Part shown: positions 1 to 13,308 of the stretch, piece after piece
Position numbering within the stretch: the stretch's first letter is position 1
How the letters are laid out: every line of letters begins with the position of its first letter
Origin: Thermoanaerobaculia bacterium
GTDB taxonomy: Bacteria; Acidobacteriota; Thermoanaerobaculia; Multivoradales; JAGPDF01
Reading direction: 5' to 3'
Length of the DNA stretch: 64,000 bases
Assembly: GCA_963821905.1 (NCBI GenBank)
Contig: CAWGFP010000003.1
Span: 683 to 64,682 of the forward strand
Made by a program: the position numbers and the translations under genes
Notes under the pieces: model-generated
Told to the model about the DNA's origin: nothing
Databases searched by the model: none
What the model saw: the letters and a program-made list of their open reading frames with translations, nothing else

Positions 1-1955
1 GGTCCTCGACCGGCAGGCGATCCCTCCACCCGCCAGTCGAGGTTGCGCGACATCCAGTCGGCCGAGCCGATGAAGTACTCGGGCGCGCCGCCGTTGGCGA
101 AGCAGAAGATGCGCGCGTGCTCCAGGAAGCGGCCGACGATGGTGATCACCCGGATCGTCTCGCTGCAGCCCGGGCAGCCCCGGGCGCAGCCGGCAGATGC
201 CGCGCACGAGCGAGGTCGATCTCGACGCCCGCCGCGCGAGGCGTCGTAGAGCGCGCTCGATCATCTGCCGGTCCTCGAGCGCGTTCATCTTGGCGACGAT
301 GCGGCCGCCGCGGCCCGCCTTGCTGGTGCTCGATCTCGCGCTGCGATCAGGTCCAGGAAGCGCTGGCGCATGTTGATCGGCGCCACCAGCAGCTTCTTGA
401 ACGCGCGGCTGGTGGACGAAGCCGGTGAGCAGGTTGAACAGCTGCGCCACGTCGCTCGGCGATCGTCGGGCCGGCAGGTGAAGAGCCCGAAGTCGGTGTA
501 GAGCTTGGCGGTCTCCGCGTTGTAGTTGCCGGTGGCGATGTGGGCGTAGCAGCGCAGCGCGTCGCTTCTCCTGGCGCACCACCAGGGCGACCTTGGCGTG
601 GGTCTTCAAGCCCACCACGCCGTAGGCGACGTGGGCGCCGGCCTTCTCCAGCGGCTCGGCCCACTCGATGTTGCGCCGCCTCGTCGAAGCGCGCCTTGAT
701 CTCCACCGTCACCGCCACCTGCTTGCGCGCCTCGGCGGCCGCGGATCAGCGCGCGCATGTTCGGCGAGTCGGCCGAGGTGCGGTAGAGCGTCTGCTTGAT
801 CGCCAGCACCGCCGGATCGGCCGCCGCGACCTCGATGAAGCGCTGCACGCTGGTGGCGAAGGAGTCGTACGGGTGGTGGACCAGGATGTCGCCGCGCCGC
901 GAGGTCGGCGAAGAGGTCCGCCGGCTCGCCGTCCGGGCTCGTGCGAGCCGCGGGTGGGTCACCGGCGCCCAGGGCGCGGTAGCGCAGCGACGGCGAGCGG
1001 CAGGTCGAGCGAGCGGCATCAGGTCGCGCGAGGGCGAGCGGCGGCGGCATCTCGAAGACCTCCTCGGCCGCCGACCTCGAGCTCCTCGGCGAGCAGGTCG
1101 CGCATCCACTGCGGCATGCTTCGGCCCACCTCCAGGCGCACGACGGTGGCGAAGCGGCGCTCGCGCAGCTCCTCCTGGATCGACCTCCAGCAGGTCGTCG
1201 GCCGTCTCCTCGTTGCGCTGCACGTCGGCGTTGCGAGTGACCCGGAAGGGGTGGGACTCGACGATCTCCATGCCGGGGAAGAGCTGGTCGAGGTTGTGGG
1301 CGATGACCTCCTCCAGCGGCACGAAGCGCAGCGATCTGCGGCAGCTGGATCCAGCGCGGCAGGATGTGCGGCACCTTGACCCGGGCGAAGCGCTGCTCGG
1401 CCGTCTCCGGATGCCGCACCGCGACGGCCAGCGACAGGCTGAGGTTCGAGATGAACGGGAACGGGTGGGCGGGATCGACGCGCCAGCGGCGTCAGGATCG
1501 GGAACACCGAGCTGCTCGAAGAACTGCCGTCAGCTGCGCGCCGCTCGCCGGCCTCGAGCTCGTCCCAGCGCAGCGATCTCCAGCCCGTGCTGGCGCAGGG
1601 CCGGCAGCAGCTCCTCGGAGCAGACGCCGCTGCTGCTCGGCGACCAGCGGCCGCACCGCGGCGTCGATCGTCGCGAGTTGCTGGCGCGGCGTGCGGCCGT
1701 CCGGCGACAGCTCGCGCACGTTGCAGGCGAGCTGCTGCTTCAGGCCGCCGACCCGCTTCATGAAGAACTCGTCGAGGTTGGAGTCGAAGATGGCGACGAA
1801 CTTCAGCCGCTCGAGCAGCGGGTTCGCGGGTCCTCGGCCTCGGCCAGCACCCGGCGTTGAACTCCAGCCAGGACAGCTCGCGGTTGAGGAGCAGCGCGGC
1901 GTCCTGCGCCGGCGGGCGCGGGGATGCGAGCGGTCTCGCGTTCGGGTTCGGCCAT
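1..1955 (-). CDS. ppk1: Polyphosphate kinase 1 (3' end runs off window; multiple indels)
   Basis: PPK1 motifs across frames: [101 protein letters not shown] at 1955. Confidence 0.93.
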
Positions 1956-2120
1956 GGCTGGACTTCGTAGACGGGCAGAGGAGCAGCGGTATCTTGACCA
2001 CCGCGGCGTTCGGCGGCGCCACGAGAGTCACAGCATCGCTACGTCTGCGGGCCACGGATCGCCACGCTGCCTCCATGGCGCTGCGATGGCGGCTGGTCCG
2101 CGACGCGGGCCAAAACGGCG

Positions 2121-3737
2121 ATGGCTCGGCCCGCCGGACCTCCGCCCGCGCGGAAGACCGCCGCCCGCCCATGTCCGCCGGTGCCCGCCGGCGAGCGCCT
2201 GGCGGCGATCGACATCGGCTCGAACTCCATCCACATGGTGGTCGTCGAGCGTGCGCGCCGGCGGCGGCTACCGCGTGCTCGACCGCGAGCGCGACATGGT
2301 GCGCCTGGGACGCAGCGGCCTCGGCCGCGGGCGCGCTCTCCGAGGGCGCCATGCGACGACGGCCTGGTGGCGCTGCCAAGATGACCACCCTGGCCCGGCT
2401 CAAGGGGGCCGACGCGCATAGTGGCGGTGGCGACCAGCGCCGTGCGCGAAGCCGGCCAACGGCGACGATTTCCTCGCCCGGGTCAGGGCCCGGACCGGGC
2501 TCGAGGTTCGCAGCTCCTCGACCGGCGTCGAGGAGGGCCGGCTGATCTACCGCGCGGTGCGCGAGGCGGTGGACCTCGGACGCCGGGCGGCCGCTCATCG
2601 TCGATGTCGGCGGCGGCTCGCACGGAGTGGATCGCCACCCGCGCCGGCGAGCTCGGGCAGGTGGTGAGCCTGACCCTCGGCTCGCTGCGCTGCGCCGGCA
2701 GATCTCGAGGGCGACCCGCCCGCGGCGCGCTCGCTCGACGCGCTGCGGCGACGCATCCGGCGCATCGGCTGCGCGGGTTCGCGCCGCGCGCGCCCGCTCG
2801 ATCGAGCTCGTGGCCACCTCCGGCACCGCGGTGTGCGTGCGCCGACCTGATCGATCACTTCGGCGGCCGCGACTGGAAGTCGCGCGGCGGCGTGCTGCGC
2901 GAGGTGCGCAAGCGCGACCTACGGCTCTCGTTCGAGCGGCTCGCCGCGTTCAACCGCCGCCAGCTCGCCGGCTGCCGCCGGTCGGCGGCCCGCGCTCCGA
3001 ATCGATCCTCGCCGGCGCCGTCCTGCTCGAGGAGCTGGTGCGCCACGCGGGCGTGGAGCGCTTCGCGGTTTCCGATCGCGCCCTGCGCGAAGGCCTGGTG
3101 CTCGCGGCCATGGCAGCCGACCCGTCGATCGCGCACCCGCCGACGTGCGCGGCCGCCAGGTCCGCCAGCTCGCCGAGCGCTCGCCCAGCGTGCTGCTGCA
3201 CGCCGAGCAGACCGCCCGGCTGGCGCTGCGGCTGTTCGACATCACGCCCTCGCTCCACGGCCTGGGACCGCGTGAGCGCGAATGGCTGGAGCACGCCGCC
3301 CTGCTCCACGACGTCGGCTACGCAGTCGACTACGAGCGCCACCACAAGCACGGCTACTACCTGATCACCAACGCCGCGCTCGACGCCTTCGATCCGCGAG
3401 AGATCGAGGTCATCGCCCACGTCGTGCGCTACCACCGCGGCGCGCGCCCTCTTCGCGACACGCCTCGTTCGCGCTGCTGCGCGGCTGGCAGCGGCGCACG
3501 GTCGAGGCGCTGGCGGCTCTCCTGCGCCTGGCCGACGCGCTCGACCGCAGCCACGCCAGGCGGGTCGAGGAGATCTACTGCGCGATCCGCAGGAAGCGGG
3601 TACGCATCGAAGTCGTCTCGCCCTGGGACGTAACGCTCGAGCTCGACACCGCGCGCTCGCGCAGCGACCTCTTCGAGCGCGTCTTCGACCGCAAGGTGGA
3701 GGTTCGCCAGGGCCTGCGCGAGGCGAAAGCCAAATAG
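2121..3737 (+). CDS. ppx: Ppx/GppA exopolyphosphatase with C-terminal HD domain (multiple indels)
   Basis: [80 protein letters not shown]. Confidence 0.92.
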
Positions 3738-3747
3738 CCTCGCAGGC

Positions 3748-4749
3748 TCAGAGGGCGCGGATCTGAGTTCTTTCAGGTCCCGCGACCAGGGCTTCGGTCA
3801 ACAGCCGGTCGATCGCCGCCGCCGCGTTCTCACCCAGCCACTCGTTTTCCAGTGCGCCGTGGAGCTCGTTCTGCCGCTGGCGCAGTGCGTCGAGCAGCGA
3901 CCACCACGACACGCCGCCGCGACGGCGCTCGCTGCGGAACTCGTCGCTCGCGACGCCGCGCTCTACCGCGAGCTCCGCGAGCCGGCGGGCTCGCTCACGA
4001 GCCTCGCGGCCGGCGACCCTGGCGACCCGCCTCATCAAACCGTGGACATCGTGCAGCTCGCCGAGCAGGTCCTGGAGAGTCTTCAGCCGGGCGAGCGGAC
4101 GGCGCGCGCTGGGCGCGGCGATCTCGACACCGTAGCGCAAGCGCTTGCCGGCGATGCGGGCCTCGTGGGCACCCTCTTCGTCGCCCGGGCGCTCGATCGC
4201 TGACAGACGCTTCGCCAGGTCCGCGCCGAGCTCGCGCACGCGGCGGGCGGCCAACGCCCCGAACGTTTCCTGGTCCGGCGGCGCGTCGAGGCGCACGGTG
4301 TAGCTGGCGAGCTCTTCCCGCAGGCGGGAGGCGGCGCGGTCGAAGCGACGCGCCGCAGCAGCAAGCTCACCCTGCTCCTTTTCGAGCTTTGCGCCGAGCT
4401 CGCCGATCAGGGCGCGTGCCGCCCGAAGCGCCGAGGGCGACAGGTTTGCCTGCGCCGCGCTCAGCCATTCGCCTTGCGCTTCGGCGTCGCGGCCTGGCCC
4501 GGTCGCCGAAGCGATCTCACCCCAGCGCCGCCGGCTGCGCTTGTCGCCGGCCGTGCCGAGCTCGGGAGTGAAGGTACGCAGGGCGCTGCGCAATCGACGG
4601 ACAGCGACGCGGAAGTCGTGCAGCGCTTCGGCGTCGCCACCGGCGCGCAAGCGCTCGCGCGCCGCCTGCGCCCGCTCGAGCAGATCGAGCGTCACCCGCC
4701 GGGAGCCCTCCTGCGGCGTATCCTCGAGCCAGGAATCCGGTCGATTCAT
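3748..4749 (-). CDS. CHAD-domain (polyphosphate-binding) protein
   Basis: EALHDFRVAVRRLRS, HEARIAGKRLRY, LQDLLGELHD. ATG overlaps the sixA stop codon. Confidence 0.9.
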   Translation of the reverse strand: MNRPDSWLEDTPQEGSRRVTLDLLERAQAARERLRAGGDAEALHDFRVAVRRLRSALRTFTPELGTAGDKRSRRRWGEIASATGPGRDAEAQGEWLSAAQANLSPSALRAARALIGELGAKLEKEQGELAAAARRFDRAASRLREELASYTVRLDAPPDQETFGALAARRVRELGADLAKRLSAIERPGDEEGAHEARIAGKRLRYGVEIAAPSARRPLARLKTLQDLLGELHDVHGLMRRVARVAGREARERARRLAELAVERGVASDEFRSERRRGGVSWWSLLDALRQRQNELHGALENEWLGENAAAAIDRLLTEALVAGPERTQIRAL

Positions 4750-5249
4750 CGCCGTAGCCGGCGCAAGACGCGGGGTGGCGCCAGCCAGAGGAGCCGGGCC
4801 TGGCGCGCGGCTGGCTTGTCGAGATCGAGCAGACACGCCGCGCCCTTCCCCAGCTCGACGACCGCGCGCGTCGACCCGCAGAGCAGCCACGAAACCAGAC
4901 CACTCAGATGCGGCTCGTGTCCGACCACCGCGACGGAGGAAGCGGCGGGTTGACGTTCCAGCCACGGCATGAGCTCCGACGGCGGCGAGCCCGGGGAAAG
5001 CGCTTCGACGGTCTCGAGGGTCGAGCTGTCGAACGCCTCGGCGAGGATTTCGGCGGTTTCCAGCGCACGCTGCAGGGGGCTGGTGGCGATCGCGTCGAGA
5101 CGCTCGATCAGACGCCGCAACCCGGTGGCGCCGTCGCGCATCTTGCGACGCCCTTCGTCGGTCAGCGGCCGCTCGTCGTCCGGGCGACCACTCTGCGCAA
5201 AGACGATCTTGTCGCCGGCGGGAGCGTGGCGTACCACCAGAAGCTGCAC
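4746..5249 (-). CDS. sixA: SixA-like phosphohistidine phosphatase
   Basis: LLVVRHA..DDERPLTDEGRRK, TSPLQRALETAEI, VVGHEPHLS. GTG start with GGAGG upstream. The ppx-CHAD-sixA neighbourhood is typical. Confidence 0.88.
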   Translation of the reverse strand: MQLLVVRHAPAGDKIVFAQSGRPDDERPLTDEGRRKMRDGATGLRRLIERLDAIATSPLQRALETAEILAEAFDSSTLETVEALSPGSPPSELMPWLERQPAASSVAVVGHEPHLSGLVSWLLCGSTRAVVELGKGAACLLDLDKPAARQARLLWLAPPRVLRRLRR

Positions 5250-5309
5250 CGCGGAGCCCTCCTCCGAGTCCGGCGGCAAGGTACCACAAGCGAATGCTCT
5301 GACGCGCCG

Positions 5310-5327
5310 CCGTAACCTTCTTGTCAC
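5310..5327 (+). promoter_or_regulatory. Pho-box-like direct repeat upstream of phoR
   Basis: CCGTAAC-cttc-TTGTCAC with 11-bp periodicity, resembling CTGTCAT-N4-CTGT(C/A)A(C/T). Confidence 0.55.
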
Positions 5328-5403
5328 CGTACCGCTGCCGGAGCAGCGCCGACGGCCGCGATCCCGCTGCTACACTGCCGCCCACACCCAGCGCTCGCTC
5401 GTC

Positions 5404-7182
5404 ATGCCCGCCCGGTCCCCCCTTCTCGCCCGACTCCAGCTCGCCGTCCTCGTACCGACCGCGATCGCGCTCGTCGCGATGGCAGTGCTGACCGGCATTC
5501 TGGAGCTGCAAGTGATTCGCGAAGGCTCCGCCGCCCAGCTCGCCGAAGTCACTCGCCTCCTGCTGCCGACGGTTTCCGAGCGCGTCGCTCGTCGCGACCC
5601 GGTGGAGCTCGAGCGTTGGGCCACCGCACTCGTCCGCGGCACCAATCTGCGATTGACCGTCATCGACGGCCGGGGTTCGGTTCTGGCGGACAGCGCGCGC
5701 AGCCCAGACGAGCTGGCGCGGATGGAGAATCACCTCGACCGGCCGGAGGTGCGGGCGGCGCTCGACCGCGGCTCCGGCACCGCCACGCGCCGCAGCGACA
5801 CGACCGGGGTCGAATACGTCTACGCCGCGCAGACTTTCACCGTCGGGCAGGGTGAGCTGGTGGTGGTGCGCGTCGCCCAGCCGCTCACCCATCTCGGCAG
5901 CCTCTACGGCAAGTTCTGGAAGAGCCTTCTGCTCGCCAGTCTCGCGGGCCTGGCGAGCGCCGCGCTGGTCGTGATCTGGCTGCGACACCGGCTGCTGGCG
6001 CCGCTCGCCGGCGCCGCGGATGGCGCCCACCGTCTGGCCAGCGGGGATCTCGACCACCGTCTGCCGCTGCCGGAGGAACCGGAGGCTGCCAGGCTGGCGG
6101 CAGCCATCAACCGGCTGGCAGACCGTGTGGCCGAACAGGTGCGCGCCGCCGAGGCGGAGCGCGATCACCTGCGGGAAGTGCTGGCCAGCATGTCGGAGGG
6201 AGTGCTGGTCACCGGGCCCGACAGCCGCGCGCGGCTCGCCAATACGGCCTTTCGCGACCTGTTCGCCTTGCAGAGCGAACCCTCGGGGCAAACGCCGCTC
6301 GAGATCGCCCGCCAGCCGCTGCTCGATGACCTGGTACGGCGTACGGCGCGTGAAGGCCGAGCCGGCTCGGGCAGCGTCGACCTCGAGGACCCCGAGCGCC
6401 GCACCATCGCGCTGACCAGCGCGCCGCTTTCGCGCGACGGCGGCGTGGTGGTGGTGGCGCGCGACGTCAGCCCATTCGCCCGCGTCGCCGAGATGCGACG
6501 CGATTTCGTGGCCAACGTCTCGCACGAGCTCAAGACGCCGCTGTCTGCGATCCGCGGCTACGCCGAGACCCTGCGCGAAGGCGCCCTCGACGATCCGCCG
6601 GCGAGCCGCCGCTTCGTCGAACGCATCCTGGCGCAGTGCCGCGCGGCTGCAGGCCCTGCTCGACGACCTGCTCACCCTGTCGCGGCTCGAGAGCGTCGAC
6701 GCAGACGCCGGCCTACGAGACCGGTCGACCTCGACGCCCTGGCCGAGCGCGCCGTCGAGCTGGTCTGCGGCCGCAGCGCGAGGCAGCGCGGCTCGACCCT
6801 CGAGTCGAGCGGCAGCGCCGGCTCGGTGATGGGCGACCCCGACGGCCTCGAGCGCGTGCTGGTCAACCTGCTCGACAACGCGATCAAGTACAACCGCGCC
6901 GGGGGCAGCGTCACGGTGCGCCTCGCGGTCCTCGACGGCCACGCGACCATCGAGGTGGAGGACACCGGCATCGGCATCCCGCCCGACACCCTGCCGCGGA
7001 TCTTCGAGCGCTTCTACCGCGTCGACAAGGGTCGCAGCCGCGACCAGGGCGGCACCGGACTGGGCCTCGCCATCGTCAAGCACGTCGCCCAGACCCACGG
7101 CGGCAAGGTCGACGTCGAAAGCGAGCTCGGCAAGGGCACCCGCTTCAAGGTCACCTTGCCGCGGCGTCCCGCCCGCCCCTGA
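5404..7182 (+). CDS. phoR: PhoR-like sensor histidine kinase (TM-sensor-HAMP-PAS-HisKA-HATPase); compensating indels ~6640-6800
   Basis: [72 protein letters not shown]. Lies next to pst genes. Confidence 0.9.
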   Translation: MPARSPLLARLQLAVLVPTAIALVAMAVLTGILELQVIREGSAAQLAEVTRLLLPTVSERVARRDPVELERWATALVRGTNLRLTVIDGRGSVLADSARSPDELARMENHLDRPEVRAALDRGSGTATRRSDTTGVEYVYAAQTFTVGQGELVVVRVAQPLTHLGSLYGKFWKSLLLASLAGLASAALVVIWLRHRLLAPLAGAADGAHRLASGDLDHRLPLPEEPEAARLAAAINRLADRVAEQVRAAEAERDHLREVLASMSEGVLVTGPDSRARLANTAFRDLFALQSEPSGQTPLEIARQPLLDDLVRRTAREGRAGSGSVDLEDPERRTIALTSAPLSRDGGVVVVARDVSPFARVAEMRRDFVANVSHELKTPLSAIRGYAETLREGALDDPPASRRFVERILAQCRAAAGPARRPAHPVAARERRRRRRPTRPVDLDALAERAVELVCGRSARQRGSTLESSGSAGSVMGDPDGLERVLVNLLDNAIKYNRAGGSVTVRLAVLDGHATIEVEDTGIGIPPDTLPRIFERFYRVDKGRSRDQGGTGLGLAIVKHVAQTHGGKVDVESELGKGTRFKVTLPRRPARP

Positions 7183-7189
7183 ATTCTAC

Positions 7190-8042
<853 letters not shown>

Positions 8043-8081
8043 GGCGGTCTCCTCGGCATGCTCTCGGTCATCGTCTCGGCA

Positions 8082-9785
8082 TCAGACCGCGCTGCCGGCG
8101 TACTTGCGGCGCAGGTGGTTGCGCAGCGAGATCGCGACCAGGTTCATCACCGTCACCACCACGATCAGCAGCAGCGCGGTGGCGAACACCAGCGGCTTGG
8201 TGGCCTCGACGTTGGGGCTCTGGAAGCCGACGTCGTAGATGTGGAAGCCCAGGTGCATGAACTTGCGCTCGAGGTGGACGAACGGGCAGTCGGCCGTCGA
8301 CCGGCAGCGTCGGCGCGAGCTTGACCATGCCGACGATCATCAGCGGCGCCACCTCGCCGGCGGCGCGCGCCATGGCCAGGATCATGCCGGTGAGGATGCC
8401 GGGCGCCGCGGCCGGCAGCACCACGCTGCCAGATGGTCTCGAACTTGGTGGCGCCGAGCGCGAGCGAGCCCTCGCGCACGATGCGCGGCACCGCGGCGAG
8501 GCCCTCTTCGGTGGCGACGATCACCACCGGCACGGTGAGCAGCGCGAGCGTCAGCGCGGCCCAGAGGATGCCGCCGGTGCCGAAGGTCGGCGTCGGCAGC
8601 GCCTCGGGATAGAACAGCCGGTCGATCGAGCCGCCGATCAGGTAGACGAAGAAGCCGAGGCCGAAGACGCCGAAGACGATCGAGGGCACGCCGGCCAGGT
8701 TGTTGACCGCGATGCGCACCATGCGCACCAGCAGCCCCTGCTTGGCGTACTCGCGCAGGTAGAGCGCCGCCAGCACGCCGAGCGGCGCCACCGCGAACGA
8801 CATCAGGAAGACCATCATCACGGTGCCGAAGATCGCCGGGAAGATGCCGCCCTCGGTGTTCGACTCGCGCGGGTCGTCGGCGACGAACTCCCAGCACGCG
8901 CGCAGCGTAGAGCCCGAGCTTGCCGCAGCGCGCCCAGCTCGTTGGGCCGGATCGCGCGCACGACGTCGCCGACCGGCATCTCCTTGCGTCTCGCCGTCGG
9001 CGGTCTCGCATGCACCAGCGTCTCGGCCTCGAGCTCCTCGCGCAGCTGCGAACAGGCGCGTCGGCGAGCTGCTCGTACTCGGCCTCGCGCTCGGCGAGCT
9101 GCGGCGGTCGAGCTCGGCGCTGCGCGGCGCGCGCTCTCGGCCGCCGGCAGGTCCTGCGAGCTCGAGCGCCGCGCGGTCGCAGGCGCAGCTGCTCGATCTC
9201 GTAGTTGACGTCGCCGATCGCGCCCCTTCTCGAGCTCGCGCGATCGCGCTCGCGCTGCGCCGCCTTCTGCGTCGTGCAGCGGCGCCGAAGCGCCTGCCAG
9301 ACGTCGTCGCGGCCGCTGGCCAGCACCTTGTCGCCGTCGCCGCAGCTCGCCATGCGAGCCGTAGAAGTTGCCCCACTCCAGCCGCTCGAGCAGCACCGCG
9401 TCGGCGGGCGTGCGCGCGCGGCGATGTCGCTCTCGTCGATCCAGACGAAGTCGAGCCCGCTCGAGGTCGCGGTTGCCGATCTTCGAGCTGCAGGCGGTGC
9501 GGTCGCTTCGGCGCGGCCGTGCCCGCTCCGCTGCCGGCCGGCGCTCGGATCTCGCGCTCGCCAGATCTCGCCGAGCAGCTCGCGGCCGTCGGTGAGCGTC
9601 AGGAGCTCGAGGCAGGTCGCTTCTGCCAGAAGTAGCCGCCAGGCCCTAGCACGCCGATGCAGCAGCCAGGACGCCGAGCGACCAGCAGCAGGTTGAGCGC
9701 CAGCGCGCCGCCGCAAGCGCGGTCGAGCGAGTCGCCCGAGACGCGTCGCCGTCGACGCCTTCGGATCTGCGCGCGTTGCGCTCAT
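8082..9785 (-). CDS. pstA: Phosphate ABC transporter permease PstA, long form with extra periplasmic domain (indels)
   Basis: PRESNTEGGIFPAIFGT, VRIAVNNLAGVPSIVFGVFGLGFF, REGSLALGATK, ARAAGEVAPL, FMHLGFHIYDVGFQSPNVEA. Confidence 0.9.
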
Positions 9786-12094
9786 CACAGCTCGCGCGTA
9801 CCGCTCGCGCAGCCGCTGGCGCACCAGCTCGGCCGCGGTGTTGACCACGAAGGTCAGCGACGAAGAGGAGCAGCGCGGCGAGGAACAGCGTGCGGTAGAG
9901 CGTGCCGCCGTGCGGCGCCTCGGGGATCTCGACCGCGATGTTGGCCGACAGGGTGCGGAAGCCGTTGAACGGGTTCCAGTCCATGATCGGCGTGTTGCCG
10001 GTCGCCATGAGCACGATCATGGTCTCGCCGACCGCGCGGCCGAAGCCGATCATGATCGCCGAGAAGATGCCCGGGCTGGCGGTCGGCAGCACCACCCGGG
10101 TCACCGTCTGCCAGCGGTTGGCGCCGAGCGCGAGCGAGCCGGCGACCAGGTTGCGCGGCACGTTCGAGAAGGCGTCCTCGGCGATGGCGAAGATGATCGG
10201 GATCACGGCGAAGCCCATCGCCAGGCCGACCACGACGGCGTTGCGCTGGTCGTAGGCGCAGGCCGGTCGCCTCGCAGCAGCCAGGCCTGGAAGTTGCCGC
10301 CGAAGGCGAGCCGCTCGAAGCGCGGGCGAGAGCTGCGAGGCAGAGCCAGATGCCGAGCGCCAGCACGACGACGAAGAGGAACGACCTCGGTGCCGGCCGG
10401 GAAGCGGCCGCGGAAGCGCGCGCGGCAGCCGGTGCCACAGGCCAGCCGGCGACGAGCACAGCGAGCGGCAGCACGACCAGCATCAGGACGCAGCGCCGGG
10501 AACGCCCGCTCGATGCGCGGCGCCAGCCAGAGCCCGGCGAGGAAGCCGAGCACCACGCTGGGCAGCGCCGCCATGATCTCGACCGTCGGCTTGACGACGC
10601 GCTTGTAGGCCGGGTGCATGAACTGCGAGGCGTACATCGCGCCGAGGACGCCGAGCGGGATGGCGAGCAGCAGCGAGTAGAAGGTCCCCTTGAGCGTGCC
10701 GACGAGCAGCGGCGTCAGCGCGAGCTTGGGCTCGAAGTCGTCGGTGCCGCCGGTCGACTGCCAGACGTAGCTCGGGCTCGTCGTAGCCCTCGTACCAGAC
10801 CTTGCCGAAGAGCGCCGCCAGGAGACCTCGGGATGCGGGTTGTCGATCGTCGAGCTCGGCCAGCCTGACCGCTCGCCGGCGAGCATAGGCGCCGTCGCCC
10901 TTGGGCGAATAGAGCAAGGCGCCGTGGCTCCGGGCAGCGGCGACTGGCCCGCTCCACAGCGGTGCGCTCGGAGGTCGAGTAGTAGAGCCCGAGCTCGCCG
11001 CCCTGCGTCGTGCGGCCAGGAAGCCCTTGTTGCGCACCGACGGCGCGAGCAGGCGGATGGCGCCGCGAGTGGCGGGCGAAGTCGCGGACCCGGGTCAGGC
11101 GTGACGTCGTCCTCGTCCCGTCGCGCACCGGGAACCAGACGCGACAGCGCGCCGTCGTCCTGGCCGACGACCAGCGAGCGGCCGCCGATCAGCAAGGTCA
11201 GGGCGGTGACCGCGGCGCCGCCGGCGGAAGCGACCGCGCGGCTGCGCCGGGCTCGCCGTCGACGAGCGGCCACCAGCAGGAGCTCGCCGCTGGCGGTGCC
11301 GCCGAAGAGGTGCGCGCCGATCGCGGTCGATCACCAGGGCGGTCAGCGGTCGGCGTCGGCGCGGACTCGACTCGCGCGTCGACGATCTCGCGTCGTCTCG
11401 CCGGTCATCGCGTTCTCGCTCGACTCGGCGCGTCGACCACGCGCGAGCGTGCCGTCCGGCGAGCTGCGCCGCGGCGCGGCCGCCGCGCCGTCGGTGCTGG
11501 CCCGAGCGGCCGAAGGCGCCGACCGCGCGGCCGTTCGGGATCGAGCTCGAGCACGACCGGCTCGCCGAGCCGCGGCGCTCGACCTGCGCGCGTCGGCGCC
11601 GTCGAACGTGACGTCGAAGGCGACCGGTGACCAGCGACGACGCGGCCGTCGGCGGTGGCGCGCGGCGAGAGCCGGCGACCGCCGGCGGCGCTGCGCGCGC
11701 CAGTCGGAGCGGCGCGGCCGCCGCGTCGGCGTCGGCGAGCGAGCGCGGCTGCTCGCAGTCTCGGCCGTCGGCCAGCGCACGGCACGCACCAGCCCGTCGC
11801 CGCCAGGGCGCCGACGTGGCTGCGGTGCTCGTCGACCGAGCAAGCGCCGTCGGCGCGGCCGGGCAGCGGCATCGCGCCGGCGCCGGCGACACGCGCGCCG
11901 GCGCGTCAGCGGGCAGCACCTCGGCGACGATGAAGACAGGATGCCCAGGATGCTGGCGATGATCGCCAGCCGCCCGCGGTGACGAGCCAGCGCGCCGCGC
12001 GGTCGAGCGACCAGGCGCCGGCGGCGGCGACGTCGGTGCGGCGCGCGGCCGCGCCGGTCGGCGGGCTCGAGCTGTCGCTGGAGCCGTGCTCCAC
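9785..12094 (-). CDS. pstC: Phosphate ABC transporter permease PstC, long form with large N-terminal (probably beta-propeller) domain; start approximate, many indels
   Basis: NPHPEVS, KVWYEGY, YVWQSTGGTDDFEPKL, KPTVEIMAALPSVVLGF, GFGRAVGETMIVLMATGNTP, RTLSANIAVEIPEAP. Confidence 0.88.
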
Positions 12095-12170
12095 TCGGCA
12101 GAGCCGTGCGGTCCGCGGCGCGAAGACGTCCGGCCGGACGCGTCTCCGAGTCGCCGGACGTCGGTGCGAC

Positions 12171-13160
12171 TTACTGGAGCTTCGCCAGCTCTTCGCTGGC
12201 GATCTTCGCCGGTGAGCGGCAGGTAGCCGTCCTTGACCACGATCTCCTGGCCCTCCTTGCGACAGCACGAACTTCACGAACTCGCGCGACCAGCGGATCG
12301 AGCGGCTTGTTGGGCGCCTTGTTGACGTAGACGTAGAGGAAGCGCGCCAGCGGGTACTTGCCGGAGTAGACGTCGTCCGGGTCGGTGCCGAAGAACGGTG
12401 CCGCCGTCCTTGGCGGCGAGCGTGCAGCGGCTTGCACGCCCGAGGTCTGGTAGCCGATGCCGCTGTAGCCGATGCCGAGCTGGTCCTCGGTGACGCCCTG
12501 CACCACCGACGCCGAGCCCGGCTGCTCCTTGACCGTGTCCTTGTAGTCGCCCTTGCAGAGCGCGTGCTCCTTGAAGAAGCCGTAGGTGCCGGAGGCCGAG
12601 TTGCGGCCGTAGAGGCTGATCGGCTTGCTGGCCCAGTCGCCGGCCGAGGCCGAGCTGGCCCCAGTTGGCGATCGTCCTTGCCGCCGCAGCTTGCGGGTCT
12701 TCGAGAAGATCGCGTCGACCTGCTGCAGGGTCAGCTGCTCGAGCGGGTTGTCCTTGTTGACGTAGACCGCGAGCGCGTCGACCGCGACGCGGATCGCGGT
12801 CGGCTTGTAGCCGTACTTCTTCTCGAAGTCGTCGATCTCCTCGGCCTTCATCGCGCGGCTCATCGGGCCGAGCTGCGCGGTGCCGGCGATCAGCGCCGGC
12901 GGCGCGGTCGAGGAGCCCTTGCCCTCGATCTGGATGCGCACGTTCGGGTACTGCTTCTGGAAGCCCTCGGCCCACAGCGTCATCAGGTTGTTGAGCGTGT
13001 CGGAGCCGATCGAGTTGAGGTTGCCCGAGACGCCGCTGGTCTTCGAGTAGGCGGCGATCGCGGCGTCGACCTGCACCGCCTGGGCGTCGACAGCCGGCGC
13101 CGGCGACACAGGGCGGCGGCGACGCCGAGTCGGAGTTCGTCGGTTCTCCTTCATGCGCAT
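12171..13160 (-). CDS. pstS: Phosphate-binding periplasmic protein (indels)
   Basis: [70 protein letters not shown]. Confidence 0.95.
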   Translation of the reverse strand: MRMKENRRTPTRRRRRPVSPAPAVDAQAVQVDAAIAAYSKTSGVSGNLNSIGSDTLNNLMTLWAEGFQKQYPNVRIQIEGKGSSTAPPALIAGTAQLGPMSRAMKAEEIDDFEKKYGYKPTAIRVAVDALAVYVNKDNPLEQLTLQQVDAIFSKTRKLRRQGRSPTGASSASAGDWASKPISLYGRNSASGTYGFFKEHALCKGDYKDTVKEQPGSASVVQGVTEDQLGIGYSGIGYQTSGVQAAARSPPRTAAPFFGTDPDDVYSGKYPLARFLYVYVNKAPNKPLDPLVARVREVRAVARRARRSWSRTATCRSPAKIASEELAKLQ

Positions 13161-13262
13161 GCTCTCCTTGGGCCTGGTCCTGGCGGAGCGCCGACCTGCG
13201 CGGGCTCCTCGGCGCGAGTGTGAGGCCGTCGCAACCGGCCGGTTGCAGAGGGGGAACGGAGT

Positions 13263-13280
13263 GTGACAGCGGTGTGACAG
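13263..13280 (-). promoter_or_regulatory. Pho box upstream of pstS
   Basis: Minus strand CTGTCAC-accg-CTGTCAC, a perfect 7-mer repeat with 11-bp period about 100 nt upstream of pstS. Confidence 0.8.
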
Positions 13281-13308
13281 CGGGCCCGGAATCGCGTGCG
13301 ATCGCCGC

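Noticed and set aside
2025-2070. GTCACAG/GCCACG repeats between ppk1 and ppx as Pho boxes
   Set aside because: Too degenerate, with uncertain spacing in an indel-rich segment.
3748-7098. 1116-aa minus-strand ORF
   Set aside because: Only the last 333 aa (CHAD) are real. The rest is antisense shadow of phoR and an off-frame read of sixA, as is common in high-GC DNA.
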